From the human T2T-CHM13v2.0 reference genome, Homo sapiens, in the NCBI RefSeq assembly GCF_009914755.1, contig NC_060931.1: a stretch of 64,000 bases of DNA. The stretch is one strand, 5' to 3'. Positions 42,251 through 54,734 of the stretch are shown piece by piece. The notes beneath the pieces were generated by a model. That model saw nothing but the letters and a program-made list of their open reading frames with translations, searched no databases and was not told the origin of the DNA. Made by a program: the position numbers and the translations under genes. Each line of letters opens with the position of its first letter. The stretch's first letter is position 1.

Positions 42251-45200
42251 GCTGATGGCTGAGCCCATGGAGAAGGTGGGGGAGGGTGTCTGCACGTTCG
42301 TCCTGGAGATGGGACTCGAGGTCACGGGAAACCCCGACAGGGAGGCCGTGCTGGGACAGCTCAGACCTCGAACGTGCCATCCTCGTGGATGAGAGGCGTC
42401 CCCAGCAGTGCCCAGGAAGCCCCTGATGAACTGTGCGTCACCCCAGTGACCAGGGCCAGAGGAATCTGCTCGGGGCCCCGGGACAGCACGGCTAGTCTGA
42501 AAACTCGAGGAATGCACGATTCCTGGAAAGTCACCAATCACCAACCAAAACGGTCCCAAGAAGAAGAAAACTAGAATGGAACAGTTAGTGAAGGCGTGGC
42601 GAGGAAGACGGCGGGAGGTCCACACAGGGGAAGGTGCTGGGGACACAGCCTTCAGTGCCGGCGACCTCTGCTTTCTCAGGAACAGGCACTTACAGTGTCG
42701 CGAAACCTGTTCTGCATCCCAGGCAGGCGCAGAAGGGCCTAACTGATCTGTGACGCCTGCCTGCCAAAGGCCAGGCCTCCTAGGTGCTGCCCGGGGAGCT
42801 AGAGTCGCCTGCCTGCCAACAGCTGGTTCGCCTGGCTGCTGCCCGGGAGCTGGAGTGGCAGAAACAATGGGTGGGACCAATGGTGGGAAGAGCTCGGGGA
42901 GGCAGGGCCCGGCACGGGTGGGCGGACAGTGTCAGCGGCAACGAGAGGGGCTGGGAACCTTCACTGGTGCCCACGTTGGGGGCAGATGTCACAAGATTGT
43001 TCTGGAATCTGTTGGCCTGGGGAGGGGCCCTCCTGAGGCCCGAGACCCAGGGCAGGACCCAGACTTGGGGCAGAGCGGGTCGGGGAGAAGCCCCAGGGAA
43101 GAAAGTGCTTCCTGTGGGGACACAGGTTGGGATGGACGTGACCCAGCACTGGGCGAGGATCCTGCTGACCTGGCGAGAGGCACCGTTTGGGCAGTTTCTC
43201 AGGGATGACGGCAGCTGGGTTCAGGCCCCCACACCTGCAGCGTAGCACTAGGCTGTGGAGCTCACTGGGTTTCCCGGACTGGGAGGACCTGGCTTGGGGC
43301 TGGTGTCTCTGCCACCCTTAGACTCAGAGCCCCAGGAGCTACCACTGCCCCTCCAAGGGTCCCCCTCAATGGACCTTGCACTGGGGGGAGTCCAGGCTCA
43401 GGATCCCTGAGGCTGAGATGGGGCAATGCCCCGCTCCCTGGGCGGAGAGGCTGGGGCAGCCAGGCTTCCACCCTGGCCCGACCGCCGCCATCTGAGAGGT
43501 CCGGGTGACGTTATGTGATTTAAAAGTTAATTAAACTGAGTGGTATGAAGTATAACAGCCCCAGGTGTTTATTTCCAAAGAGACTTTGGAAGGAAAAGGG
43601 GAGAAATCTAATAAAAAGCTTTGCGAGATACTGCATTAGGAAGTAATCATACCGCTAAATCACCCGGTGTCGGCACAGGCCTTGTAATGACTCCGGACTT
43701 GCTGTTCCCCTGCCTCCTGAGCCCACCCAGCCAAGACGCCCTGCTGGGACCCTCGGGCTGCCCTCTAAGGCCAGGAGAGCCAACAAATGAGACTCTGAGA
43801 GCCGCACGTGCTGAGCCTGGAAGGGGCGCCTCCGAGGACGGGCCGCTGTCCCTGGAGCCCATGTCTGCATCATTCATCCGGGCCTTCACGTGCTCCTCTA
43901 GCACGCACCAAGCACTGAGCACATGCCAGCTCACAGCGCAGGGCGGCCGAGGCACCCGCAGGACTCAAGGCTCAGGGTCCTGTCCCAGTGTGGAGTGGGA
44001 GCTGATAACGACATGCACCAGGAGACTGGAGCCCGGGAGAGCCAGGGAGAGCCCCGAGGAAGTGCATCTGGGCTGAGACCCCAAGGATGTACAGGAGGTG
44101 GGGGCCCTGATGCGGAAGGGACTGCGGATGTCATCTCAGTCCACCACCACCTTCTAACAGCAGCGGCACTGCTGACTGTGGGAACTTGCCACCTCACGGG
44201 ACTGCCCTCTGTGTCGGGACAGGCCTGGCGAGAAGGCCCCACGCGTGTGGAGCTGACACCTGCCTCCCCTGTGGGTGGCACAGCAACAGCAGGTAGCCCG
44301 GTCCCTCTGGAAAGAGCGGAGGTGGAGGGGCCTGGCAGGGAGGACGCACACGGCAGCCCTGCCTTCATTCAACAAACACACGCTCAGCCCGGTCAGGCAT
44401 CAGACGGCAGTGACAGACAGAAGCAGGTGACAGCAGACGCTTAGCACCAGTGTCCTCCTGGGCACAGAGGACCTTATGCCATGCTTCCTTGCCACTGCCA
44501 TGCCTGACCCCGCTCCAGCCCCCACCCTGCCTGCCTGACCACAGCAGACTGATCACCAGCTCAGAAACACTGTCCCCGCCGCCCTGCACACCCACACGCC
44601 TCCCTCTGCACGGGGGCCCCGTGCCTCTCCCAGGCTGAGCTCAGAAGGACACTGCCTCCTTCCTGTCCCACCCTTCCATCCCCGCCCAATGACAGGAGGC
44701 AGCTGGGACTCGCCTGCAAGGGGCCCTGCCTCTGCACCCCCTCCCAACCTACGATTTCACTCCGAGCAGCCTGGGTGGCCGAGCAGGGGAGGACCGGGCA
44801 GGCCCCACCTGGCCGTCTGACAGGTGGACTCTCGGCCCTGTTATCAGAAAGTCCTGTCAGGAGCCAGCCAGAAAGGCCATCTTTTGGTCATTTATCAGGC
44901 TAATAAATGGCTTCTCCTGCTGCCGCCAGCTCCCGGCGCCATTCTCATGCCGTGCACTGGGAGCTTCACGATTAATATCACTCATTGTGAAGGGTAATTA
45001 CCAGCTCGATCACGGGCGTCGGGTACATTTATCCACCCCATCCAGGCGTGGCGGAGGCCACATCACTCACGGGGCTGCCCAGCCTCTGCCCCTGGGGCAC
45101 CTCCACCCCCGCCCCAGGCTCTTTACATTCTCTGAGCCCCAACACTGAGCACCCAGGACAGGCCGCACCCACCATGGCCCCGGTGCCTCGGTGTTGGGTA

Positions 45201-45320
45201 CTGAGCCCGCTGGGGCTGGGAGTGGCTGAGACTGCCCCAGCCCCAGCAGCGAGCGGACGTCCTGGGCCCCGGCAGCTCGTCCCCAACCCCCGCTGTGGGG
45301 GAACCTACCCTGTGGAAGCC

Positions 45321-47105
45321 TGTATTGGTCCTCTCGGCCGCTGCAGACTAGGTGGCTCGTAAACAGAGTTCACTTCTCACAGGCCTGGAGGCCACAAGGG
45401 CAGGGTAAGGCACAGGCAGACTTGGCGTTTGGTGATGGAGCTTTCTCACTGTCTGTCACACGGGGGAAGGGGCGGGGGGACTCTGGGGTCCCCTCTATAA
45501 GGATGTTAATCCCATTCACGAGGGCCCCACCCTACCACCTCAGCACCTCCCGAAGACCCCGCCTCCTCATGCCCCTCACAGTGGGGATTCGGTTTCCACG
45601 TGGGAACTGCGGGACACAAACCTCGGTCCCCAGCATCCTGCCCCTGTCCCCACAGAACCCACATCCTTCTCCACCCCAGCAGCCCCAACAGTCTCACCAA
45701 CCATCAACTCCAAAGTCTCCTCTCAACCTCACTGGCGTCACATACGGGGGAGACAAAGGCAGGACAGGAGGGGACGGACGCTCCCATTTCAAAAGGGGGA
45801 AAGGCAAGAGGGAGGGTGCCAGGCCCCAGGCAGGCCAAACCCCGAGGGGCAAGTCCCGTGAGGCCCAGAGGCCTGAGAGCTGCCGCTGTGGCTCCATGCT
45901 CCACCTCTCGTCCACTGGGGAGGCCCCGCGCCCACCGCTGGCAGAGCTCCTGGCCTGTGGGAGGCACGTGGGCTGCGGTCCCCTCTGAAGAAGGCATCGG
46001 CGGCTGGGAGTTTTCCGAACCACCTTCAGGGTCACCCTTCCTCTGCGGTGAAGAGCCGCGCGTGTTTGCCGGCCGACAGCTCTGTGGTCCTGTCATGTCA
46101 AGTCCAAGTCGACAGCCTCCCTCATCCTTCCCGTCTCCCTCCTCTTTGGTTCCAGCTGGCGGTGTCTCTGCCGCAGTGGCAGACGGGGCCTGAAGTCACA
46201 CCCACACGAGCCTCCCTATCAAACGGTTGCGGGCCACACCCTAGGGTTCTCTCCCTAGGGTTGCTCTCGTTTTCTCCAGCAGCGATGACAGCGACAAGCT
46301 GAGCATTCCCCAGGTGCTTAAGTTCCGCTTCCTTCTGCTTGATGCCATCCTAGGCCGCCCCTCTGTGCCCGCATCTGACTATAACAGCGGGAGGAAAGGC
46401 TGCACCTCAACGCCTGGCCTGGAAAGAGCTGTGGCCAAATCTCCAGTCTCATCCCTCACACACTCACTTTCCAGAAAACACGGCCCGGGCCCAGCCCAGC
46501 CCAGCCCAGCTCCACCCGAGGCGGGTCTCCCCTCACCACCACACACACCCACGGCCTCCTCAGAGCGGCCTTGTCCGTGCCCCCTCCTAAGATTCTGGGA
46601 GCATTCCTTGTGCAGGAAGATGGGGGCTCCCTCCACAGTGCTCCTCCCTTCCTCCTGAGCCCTCACCAGCATCTCCTTTCATGGCCTGTTCTCGGCAACA
46701 TCTGCTTTTCACAGGCTCCACCCCAACCCTTCCAGCCTCTCCCACTCCCCAGCTCCAGAGAGGCTTTCGGGGTCTGTTACAGCTGCACCCCACTCTTGGT
46801 ACCAATGCTCTGTCTCTTTGCGTCCAGCTGCTGGAACCCCACAGACAGGGTGGCTTATGAGCAGCAGACATTGGCTGCTCAGGTTCTGGAGTGGAAGTGG
46901 GAACTCAAGGCGCCGGCAGACGTGGTGTCTGCTGAGGGCAGGCACTTCCTTGCGGTGCGCTCACGTGGGGTGCGGGGAGGGAGCTCTCGGCTTCTTCATA
47001 AAGTGCTAATCCCAGTCCAAGGGCTGCACTTCCTAATCCCTCATCTTGGGCGTTAGAATTTCAAAGTATGGATTTTAGAGGGACACAGACCTTCAGCCTG
47101 TGGCA
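45321..47105 (-). mobile_element. Two-LTR MLT1A-like MaLR provirus (LTRs 45321-45635 and 46811-47105, internal region between)
   Basis: Both LTRs end ggacaca(a/g)acct..c..gca. Internal junction gttacagctgcaccccactcttggtaccaat. Flanks AAGCC/AGGCC form a near-perfect 5-bp TSD. Confidence 0.8.
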
Positions 47106-50100
47106 AGGCCCCGCGCCCTCCTGCTTCTGACGCCTCTCCACACGTGCCTCTGAATAGGGACATGGCTGGACCGGGGAGGGGTGTGCCTGTGGGGCCAGCA
47201 GGTCGGGTTGGGCGCAGGGAGAAATGAAGGGAAGGAACATCTCGCTTCGGTTCTGGCTGAAGACGTGGGGCCACGCTCTGGGCTCAGCCTGTCCCAGGTG
47301 CTCGGGGAAGAACCCGCCAGTCCCCACAGGCCAGCCTCTGTGGGGGCCCCCTGCCTCCAGCGGCCCCTGCCGGGGTTGGGGGATGGGAAGGGGGAACCAG
47401 CGCGCGGAGCACCGCCCACCCCCACAGCCCCCGCTGGCCAGCTGTCGGCTAATCTGCTGGCTACGAGCAGGTAATTTCTCATTGGGGCCTGCTCGCTCTC
47501 TGCTTATCACCCGCGGCCTGTATCCGCTGCGTGCTGTGTGAGCAGAGATAAGATTCATTAATAAAGAAAAGTTCAGGAGGAGCTGCTCGCGGCTCCTCCA
47601 CAAACCCAGAAGGGAAGATGGCACAGCCCCGAAGATGGCACAGCCCCGCCACGCTCCAGACCAGTCCCTGCTTCCTGCCAGCGGCAGGGCCCACGCGCAC
47701 CCCGCGTGCCTCCACGTTCCACGCGTAACCCAACCCTGGAACGTGGTCTCGGGCCACAACGGCTGGAGGGACTCCTGCGGGCCTCTCCCAGGCTCTGTCA
47801 CCCTGGGGGAGGGAGAGGGAGCCTGGACCTCGCTGCCTGTGTGTCCCCAGGGAGGCCTTCAGACCGAGCTGACCATGAGCTGCCACACAGCAGCTCATCC
47901 TGTTTCCTGGACCCCCCAGGAAACCCTGACTGTGCTGGACCCTGCTGGTCACGCCTCCTGCCAACCCTCCAGCAGCACTCGGGTGAGGACGAGGAGCTGC
48001 GGGGAGCAGACTGGTGGGGCAGGCAGGACAGTGTCAGGGTCTCCCCCTCGGTGCCCGAGGCTCTGGGAACCTCCAGGACTCCTCACCAACAGCAGCCAGA
48101 GCCACGGTTTCTTAGGCAAGAGCCGCGAGCGCGGACCGTACTGGCACCTTCCCGAGGATTTCATCAGCAGCCCCACCAGGAGGCACGGCTGTCCCACGTC
48201 TCGGGCGAGGGTGGGTGCGATGACTTTCCACAGCCTCTGACTCAGTGCTCAGGGCCCCTGAAACCCGCCTTTGCTGTGCTCGGGGGGCGGCACAAGGTAG
48301 GGCTGCCTGCCGGTGTCCTGGTCATGCCCCGGGAGGCAGCCAGCCACAGCCTGGTCCCTTGCTGGCCCCATGACCCACAGTCAGGCCTCTGCTGTCACAT
48401 AGGCACTCCTCACAGTCCCCCACCCCGCGTGTGCAGCTGAGTTTTCAGACAGAGGAACAGGACGGTCCCCTCGCTGCCATCTTTTGAGTTTCTGCCCTGC
48501 TGCGGCTGGGATGAACGGGGCTCAGGTGAGGGGGCTGGGCCCGAGGATGAGCCCCTGGACCAGGGCTGCCTGGGAAAGGACAAGGAAGGGCTGGGCCAGC
48601 TGGACAGGAGGAAGAGGGGCCTTGGAGCAAAAAAGAGGACACAGGAGTGTGGGCAAGGCCAGGGCTCACCAGGGGCCGGGGGACGTCCTGGTCCTGCTAC
48701 ATCTGAGGCCTGCCCGGCTAGGCCAGCACGACGCCCCCTCTGAGGCTCTGATGTCCCAGCCAGTCCTTGTCTTTCTCATCCACTCAGTCCAGGAAGGCAG
48801 GTGGTGCCTGGGGACCTCCAGGCTGGGGGCCCAGGGAGGCTCTTGTCCACCCCGGCCCTGCAGAACCTGCAGAGGCAGCCCTTCCTCCCGTCCCCAGGGC
48901 CGAGTCCCTTGGCTGTGGCCCACGCTGGCAACCGCTGTCCACAGAGCCCGAACTTTCCTCCCTGCCTGTATTAATTATGACGGAGTAAACAACAGAGTTC
49001 TGGAAAATGCACGTTTCCATGTGACTGCTTTTTTTTAATTGGTAGGTCTAACATTTAAAAGCTGCTTTAATTTCTTAGGCTTGCTTTTCCTCAGCACGGG
49101 CTCAGGCTGAGAGCAGGGAACTCATCACTGGCGCGCCCGTCGGTGGCAGTGTTGGGAGTCTTGGAGCACAGGCAGAGTCCCCTGCTCGCCACAACCAGGA
49201 GATAGCGGTGCTGGGATCTGAGTGGGGACATGGGCTGGCCAGTTGCACCCCAAGGCCGGACCCCAACTCCGTTCCTGGCCCACTCTGGGCATGACAGGGG
49301 ATGAATGGCTTTTGTTTTTGCCTTGGCTCAGCCTCCACCTGGCTTGGAGATCTCTGAAATCCTTGGTTTCTGAGGCCTCCCTTCTACCCAGGGGCTCTGC
49401 GTGTGAGAGGGTGGCGTCCACGGCGTCTCCGGCTCCCATGTGGTGCCCCCACCTCTGCACACCTGAGGGACAGGCGTCCTGGGGTCAGCCCTGAAACTCA
49501 TTCAGGTCTTGCTGACCCTGTCCCGGCACCAGGACGCCCGCGGTGCCTCCTCCTACCTGGCGGGGCTGCTAGGGTCAGACCCACGCCACAGTGCAGGGCA
49601 GACTGGGATAGTGAGAACATGCGCAGGGCACATGGTGGCGAGGACGCATGGGCTACACAGACACGAGGCCCACAGGAAAGCCACAGAGGCCACAGACTAG
49701 GCCACCATGGGGTCCCAGGGCAAGGGGCCCCCAGCTGGAAAGTAGGCCCAGCAGGAATGCTTCACGAGCACGGGCAGTCAGAGCCTCTGCCCCTCCTGGC
49801 TTCAGGGACAGGGCCTGACCACCTCTGGGAGATCCCAGGTCAGGGCAGGGGGCCCAGGTCATGACTTGCAACCCACCTGGACCACCACGCCTTTCCACTG
49901 AGGCTCTGAAAGGCCACCCAGACACAGCTCAGATCTGGGGGGCGTCCCCCGACTCGGCCTGCATGGGAGAGGTGGAGGGATGGAGCAGACCTCCACACAC
50001 AACCCCACACGCAGGAGGGCCAGATGCCTGAGAGAGGCAGTGGGAGATGGCGCCGGGCTTCCCCAGCCTGCCTCCCCCTGGTGTGAAGGAAGAGCCACTT

Positions 50101-50569
50101 CCCAGAACGCTCAGGCAGACAGCTGGGTGCGCAGCAGCTGTGATGATCAGAACCCTGACCAGGCCACAGTGGCAACGACAGCCTCCTGGGGCTGCAGGTT
50201 CACCAGGCGTCTCCATATCGGCCCTTCCAGCTTGCATCTCCCCGTTGATTCCAACTCATTCTGCACAGGGAAGGATCAGGGCAGAGCCACAGGGATATGT
50301 GTTTCGGCTACCGTGCAAAGGGCTTTGAAAAGTCAGTGCTGCCCACAGGTGGGGCAGGTGGCTGCGAGGCGGAGCGCATCCCACCTGGAAGCCCCACAAG
50401 TGGGATCTGAGTGGCCCCAGGTGCCAGGACTTTATGTTTTTCTCTGGGGACCTTATGGCACCCATGATGGGGACCTTGCCAGCAAGGAGTGGATGCCAGT
50501 GGCAGCCCTGCAGAGGAGGGAGGAGACAGGCCCCAGGCACAGCCCCAGCCCCTCAGCTGGTGCTCTCCG

Positions 50570-51462
50570 TAGACCTGACACCCTGCAGGGCTCCCTCTGT
50601 TCCCTAGACGTGACATCCTGCAGGGCGGCCTCTGTTCCCTAGACCTGACATCCTGCAGGGCGGCCTCTGTCTCCCTAGACGTGACATCCAGCGGGGTGGC
50701 CTCTGTCTCCCTTAGACATGACACCCGGCGGGGCGGCCTCTGTCTCCCTAGATGTGACATCCGGCGGGGCTGCCTCTGTCTCCCTAGATCTGACACCCTG
50801 CGGGGCGGCCTCTGTCTCCCTAGATGTGACATCCGGCGGGGCTGCCTCTGTCTCCCTAGATGTGACATCCTGCGGGGCGGCCTCTGTCTCCCTAGACGTG
50901 ACATCCTGTGGGGCTGCCTCTGTCTCCCTAGACGTGACATCCTGTGGGGCGGCCTCTGTTCCCTAGACCTGACATCCTGCGGGGCAGCCTCTGTGTCCCT
51001 AGACCTGACATCTGGCGGGGCGGCCTCTGTGTCCCTAGACCTGACATCCTGCGGGGCGGCCTCTGTGTCCCTAGACCTGACATCTGGCGGGGCGGCCTCT
51101 GTCTCCCTAGATGTGACATCCTGCGGGGCGGCCTCTGTGTCCCTAGACCTGACATCTGGTGGGGCGGCCTCTGTGTCCCTAGACATGACATCCTGCGGGG
51201 CGGCCTCTGTTCCCTAGACCTGACATCCTGCGGGGCGGCCTCTGTGTCCTTAGACCTGACATCTGGCGGGGCGGCCTCTGTCTCCCTAGATGTGACATCC
51301 TGCGGGGCGGCCTCTGTCTCCCTAGACCTGACATCCTGTGGTGGCCCCTGTCTCCCTAGAGGTGACATCCTGCAGGGCAGCCTCTGTCTCCCTAGGGGTG
51401 ACATCCTGCAGGGCAGCCTCTGTTTCCCTAAATGTGACAACCTGCAGGGTGGCCTCTGTTTC
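50570..51462. repeat. Minisatellite, about 25 x 35-36 bp CCTAGACCTGACATCCTGCGGGGCGGCCTCTGTCTC
   Basis: Tandem variant units, giving the SLDLTSCGAASV repeat in the ORF track. Confidence 0.97.
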
Positions 51463-52310
51463 CTGTCCCTCGTCCCTCACAAAACGTTTTGTTCTTCCCC
51501 AGTGAAGGTCTGGAAAACGAAGCTGCCCAGCTCTGCCTGGGGGCTCCCTTGGGTGCCTAACCGAGGGCAGGGGCTACTGGCGACTGCACCCACATGGCTG
51601 CCGGCCTCAGGGAATAAGGATCCCCTGGGCATCATCCTGGGCATCACCCCGGGGCCTGACCTCCGCTCACATCTCAGGATTCTCTGAAGTGCTCTCTCTC
51701 GGCCTCAGGAAGGGATGCCGTGAGCATCCCGAGCACAAGGGCACTGCACTGAGGACAGCTCAAGGCTGCCCTGGGTCACCCCTGTGCCTTCTGGGCTCTC
51801 CGGCAGCTCCAGCTCATGGCAGACAGGCCGGCCGTCAAATCTCCCACCCAGTTCTGGGTCTTGCCTGGAGGGGCTAGTCTATAGGTGGTTGTACCAGCAG
51901 CTGCCCCGATGGAGTCCACCTCTGTCCTGGCCCGCCCCTCCCCTCGGAAGCCGTCACTGGGACACCCAGTCTGTACCGCACAAGTCCCAGCACGCAAGCC
52001 CAGAGGCGGCCGCTCACCCTGCCCCTGACTGGACAACTGCCTCCATATTCAAACCACAACCACCAAAGACGGGCAGGAGGCTGGTGACCCCCCGGGGCTG
52101 AGGCTGGGGCTCGGCCACGGCTAGGCTCTGGGGAGCAGGGCAGGTGCTGGGTCCGGTGGGGGCTGGGCTGAGACCGGGCTGGTCCCCCTCTAGGCAAGGG
52201 CCCTGGGCACATGGCTCCACCTGGCTGAAGCTATCCTTTCCCAGTGACAACGGGGCTGAGGTGGGGACTAAAGGCCACAAGGGCCAGGACACGCCTCTAA
52301 ACAGAAGCGT

Positions 52311-52589
52311 CACTGCTCCGCCTGCCCCCTGGTTGGAGGGACACTGCTCCGCCTGCCCCCTGGTTGGAGGGACACTGCTCCGCCTGCCCCCTGGTTGGAG
52401 GGACACTGCTCCGCCTGCCCCCTGGTTGGAGGGACACTGCTCCGCCTGCCCCCTGGTTGGAGGGACACTGCTCCGCCTGCCCCCTGGTTGGAGGGACACT
52501 GCTCCGCCTGCCCCCTGGTTGGAGGGACACTGCTCCGCCTGCCCCCTGGTTGGAGGGACACTGCTCCGCCTGCCCCCTGGTTGGAGGGA
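52311..52589. repeat. Perfect minisatellite, 9 x 31 bp CACTGCTCCGCCTGCCCCCTGGTTGGAGGGA
   Basis: Nine identical copies. Confidence 0.98.
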
Positions 52590-54473
52590 CTCCTGGCCCC
52601 CCAGCCCAGGAGCTGCTGGGAACGTAGAGGGCTGGGGTGTGCCCTCAGCCTCAGAGCCCCACCGCCATGCAGGGGACGCAGAGTGACTAGAGAAGTGAGT
52701 CTCTTGAAGGCCTCCTAGACCTGCAGAGCCTCTGGCATCAGCCATGGCTGGACACCCCCACCCATTTCCTCCACAGAGAAACTCGGGGAGCTGCTCAGGG
52801 GTGTCTGGGGCGTCCCCAAGAGCGGCACCCCGCAGCCTCGGTGCTCTGGACTTCGGGAGCCAGGTTACTCCGGGTTGGTCTCCTCAGCACACCGAGCAGC
52901 ACCCCGGGCCTCTGCCCACCAGAGGCCAACAGCCTGGCCCCAGCTGTGAGGACTGAAATATCTCCAGATGTTGCCACGGGTCCCCTGGGAGGCAGAAGCA
53001 GCCACAGTTTGAACTGTGCCCTAGAAGACGGCAAAGCTCCACAGAGGCCTTCCCTCCTCATGTCCCTGTCCTGTGCATGAAGTCTGGTGGGGACCCCAGA
53101 GGCAGGGGCTTGAGGATTTGTGCCGGAGAGTCCCGAGACTGCAGCAGGGCCGACCTGGATCCCTCCCTCCCTGCCTTGCCCCTCCCAAGCTGTGTGAGTC
53201 TCTCAACCTTTCACAGTGTCAGAATCCTCTGTACAATAAAGTTCATCAGATCCACTCAGGGGGCATTGCTGGAGGCTGAGGGCATCGGCCCTGGCCGGTC
53301 CAGCAAGTGGCTGCCATCTAGGTAACGGTCTGCCTACAGGCCTGTTATTTACTTAGTATTTTCTTTAACCCAACTTTCCTTATTAGCTTCAATAGGCCCA
53401 GTGAAAAAGGAAGCTTTACATCACTGCTGTAAAATGAAAAAAAACAGTGCTTGCTATAAATAGAGTGACGATGAAAACAAACTCAAAAGAGACAAAACAA
53501 TTCACCGAAACCCTCATCTACTGGTCTGAGGTGGGCTCTGGGCCCACAGCTACTTGCCGGCCGTAGAAAGGGGCCCGCAGGGTCAGATGTCAGGGTCCCA
53601 TGGGCACTAGACTGAGTCCGTGTCTTCAGGGGATCAGACAAGTCCCACATGTGTTGGGGAGACCCAGAGCCTCCTCCTCACTGCCTGGTTGCTGATTGTG
53701 GGGCCGTCTTGCACAGGCCTGGAGGCTGGGAGGGGACGCTGCACTCCGCACCCTCCATCCAACCCCCCAACCAGAGGAGGGAGCCCCAAGCCCCGCAAGC
53801 CAGGTGGCGTCCAGATCTGAGCGCACGAGGAGGCCGCCTCAGCACGGGCTGAAGACCTCACTCCTTCGGCCTCCGAAGACGGGGTTAGCGGAGCCCAGGG
53901 CGGGGTGAATGCCGGGTGCGGCTCATCAGGCCCGAGAGGGCAGGGAGGAAGGCCTGGGGCCAGGATCTAGTTAGGCACTGGTGAGGGTCCGCAGAGAGCC
54001 TGTTAACAGTCTGGCTGCAGAAAGGCAGCTACCGGCAGGCCCGGGGCCAGCGGCACGGCCGTCACAAGGCCTGGGCGGGGAGACCTCGCGGTCCACTGAG
54101 GGCCTCTGTGAGGAGAAAGATGAGACAGCATTTCAGTCCTGGGGAGGGTCTGGAACAAGCCCCCGCACAGCACGGCCTGGCTGAAGGCCCGGGAGCCAGT
54201 ACTGAGGCTGACCCCTGAGCAGCACTTCAGCCACATCTCACCCCCAGACCCAGGAGGAGACTTGGGCTTGCAGAGACCGTCACCTGCCCACACCCCACGC
54301 GCTGGGCTCAGCCTGTGTTCTCAGCTGCCCTGCCCTGCCCCATCTTGCCCCTCCGCTCCCTGGAGCTCCTGGGTGGAGGGTGGCCGGCCTGCAGTCCCGG
54401 AACACCGTGGGCTCCCGTGCTCCTGCAGCCCCGTCAGGCACCCGGGGGCCCAAGGATAGAAAGCCCCGAGGAA

Positions 54474-54734
54474 GGCCAGGCGCGGTGGCTCCTGCCTGTA
54501 ATCCCAGCACTCTGGCAGGCCGAGCCAGGTGGATCACAAGGTCAGGAGTTCAAGACCAGCCTGGCCAAGATGGTGAAACCCCGTCTCTACTAAAAATACA
54601 AAAAATTAGCCAGGCATGGTGGCACGCACCTGTAATCCCAGCTACTCTGGAGGCTGAGGCAGAGAACTGCTTAAAACCTGGAGGAGCAGAGGTTGCAGTG
54701 AGCCGAGATCGCGCCACTGCACTCCAGCCTGGGC
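54474..54734 (+). mobile_element. AluS lacking its 3' end and poly(A), flanked by an 11-bp direct repeat
   Basis: Ends at ccagcctgggc; GCCCCGAGGAA at 54463-54473 and 54733-54743. Confidence 0.93.

Noticed and set aside
50308-52745. Repetitive ORFs (292, 247 and 243 aa)
   Set aside because: They derive from the 36-bp and 31-bp VNTRs.
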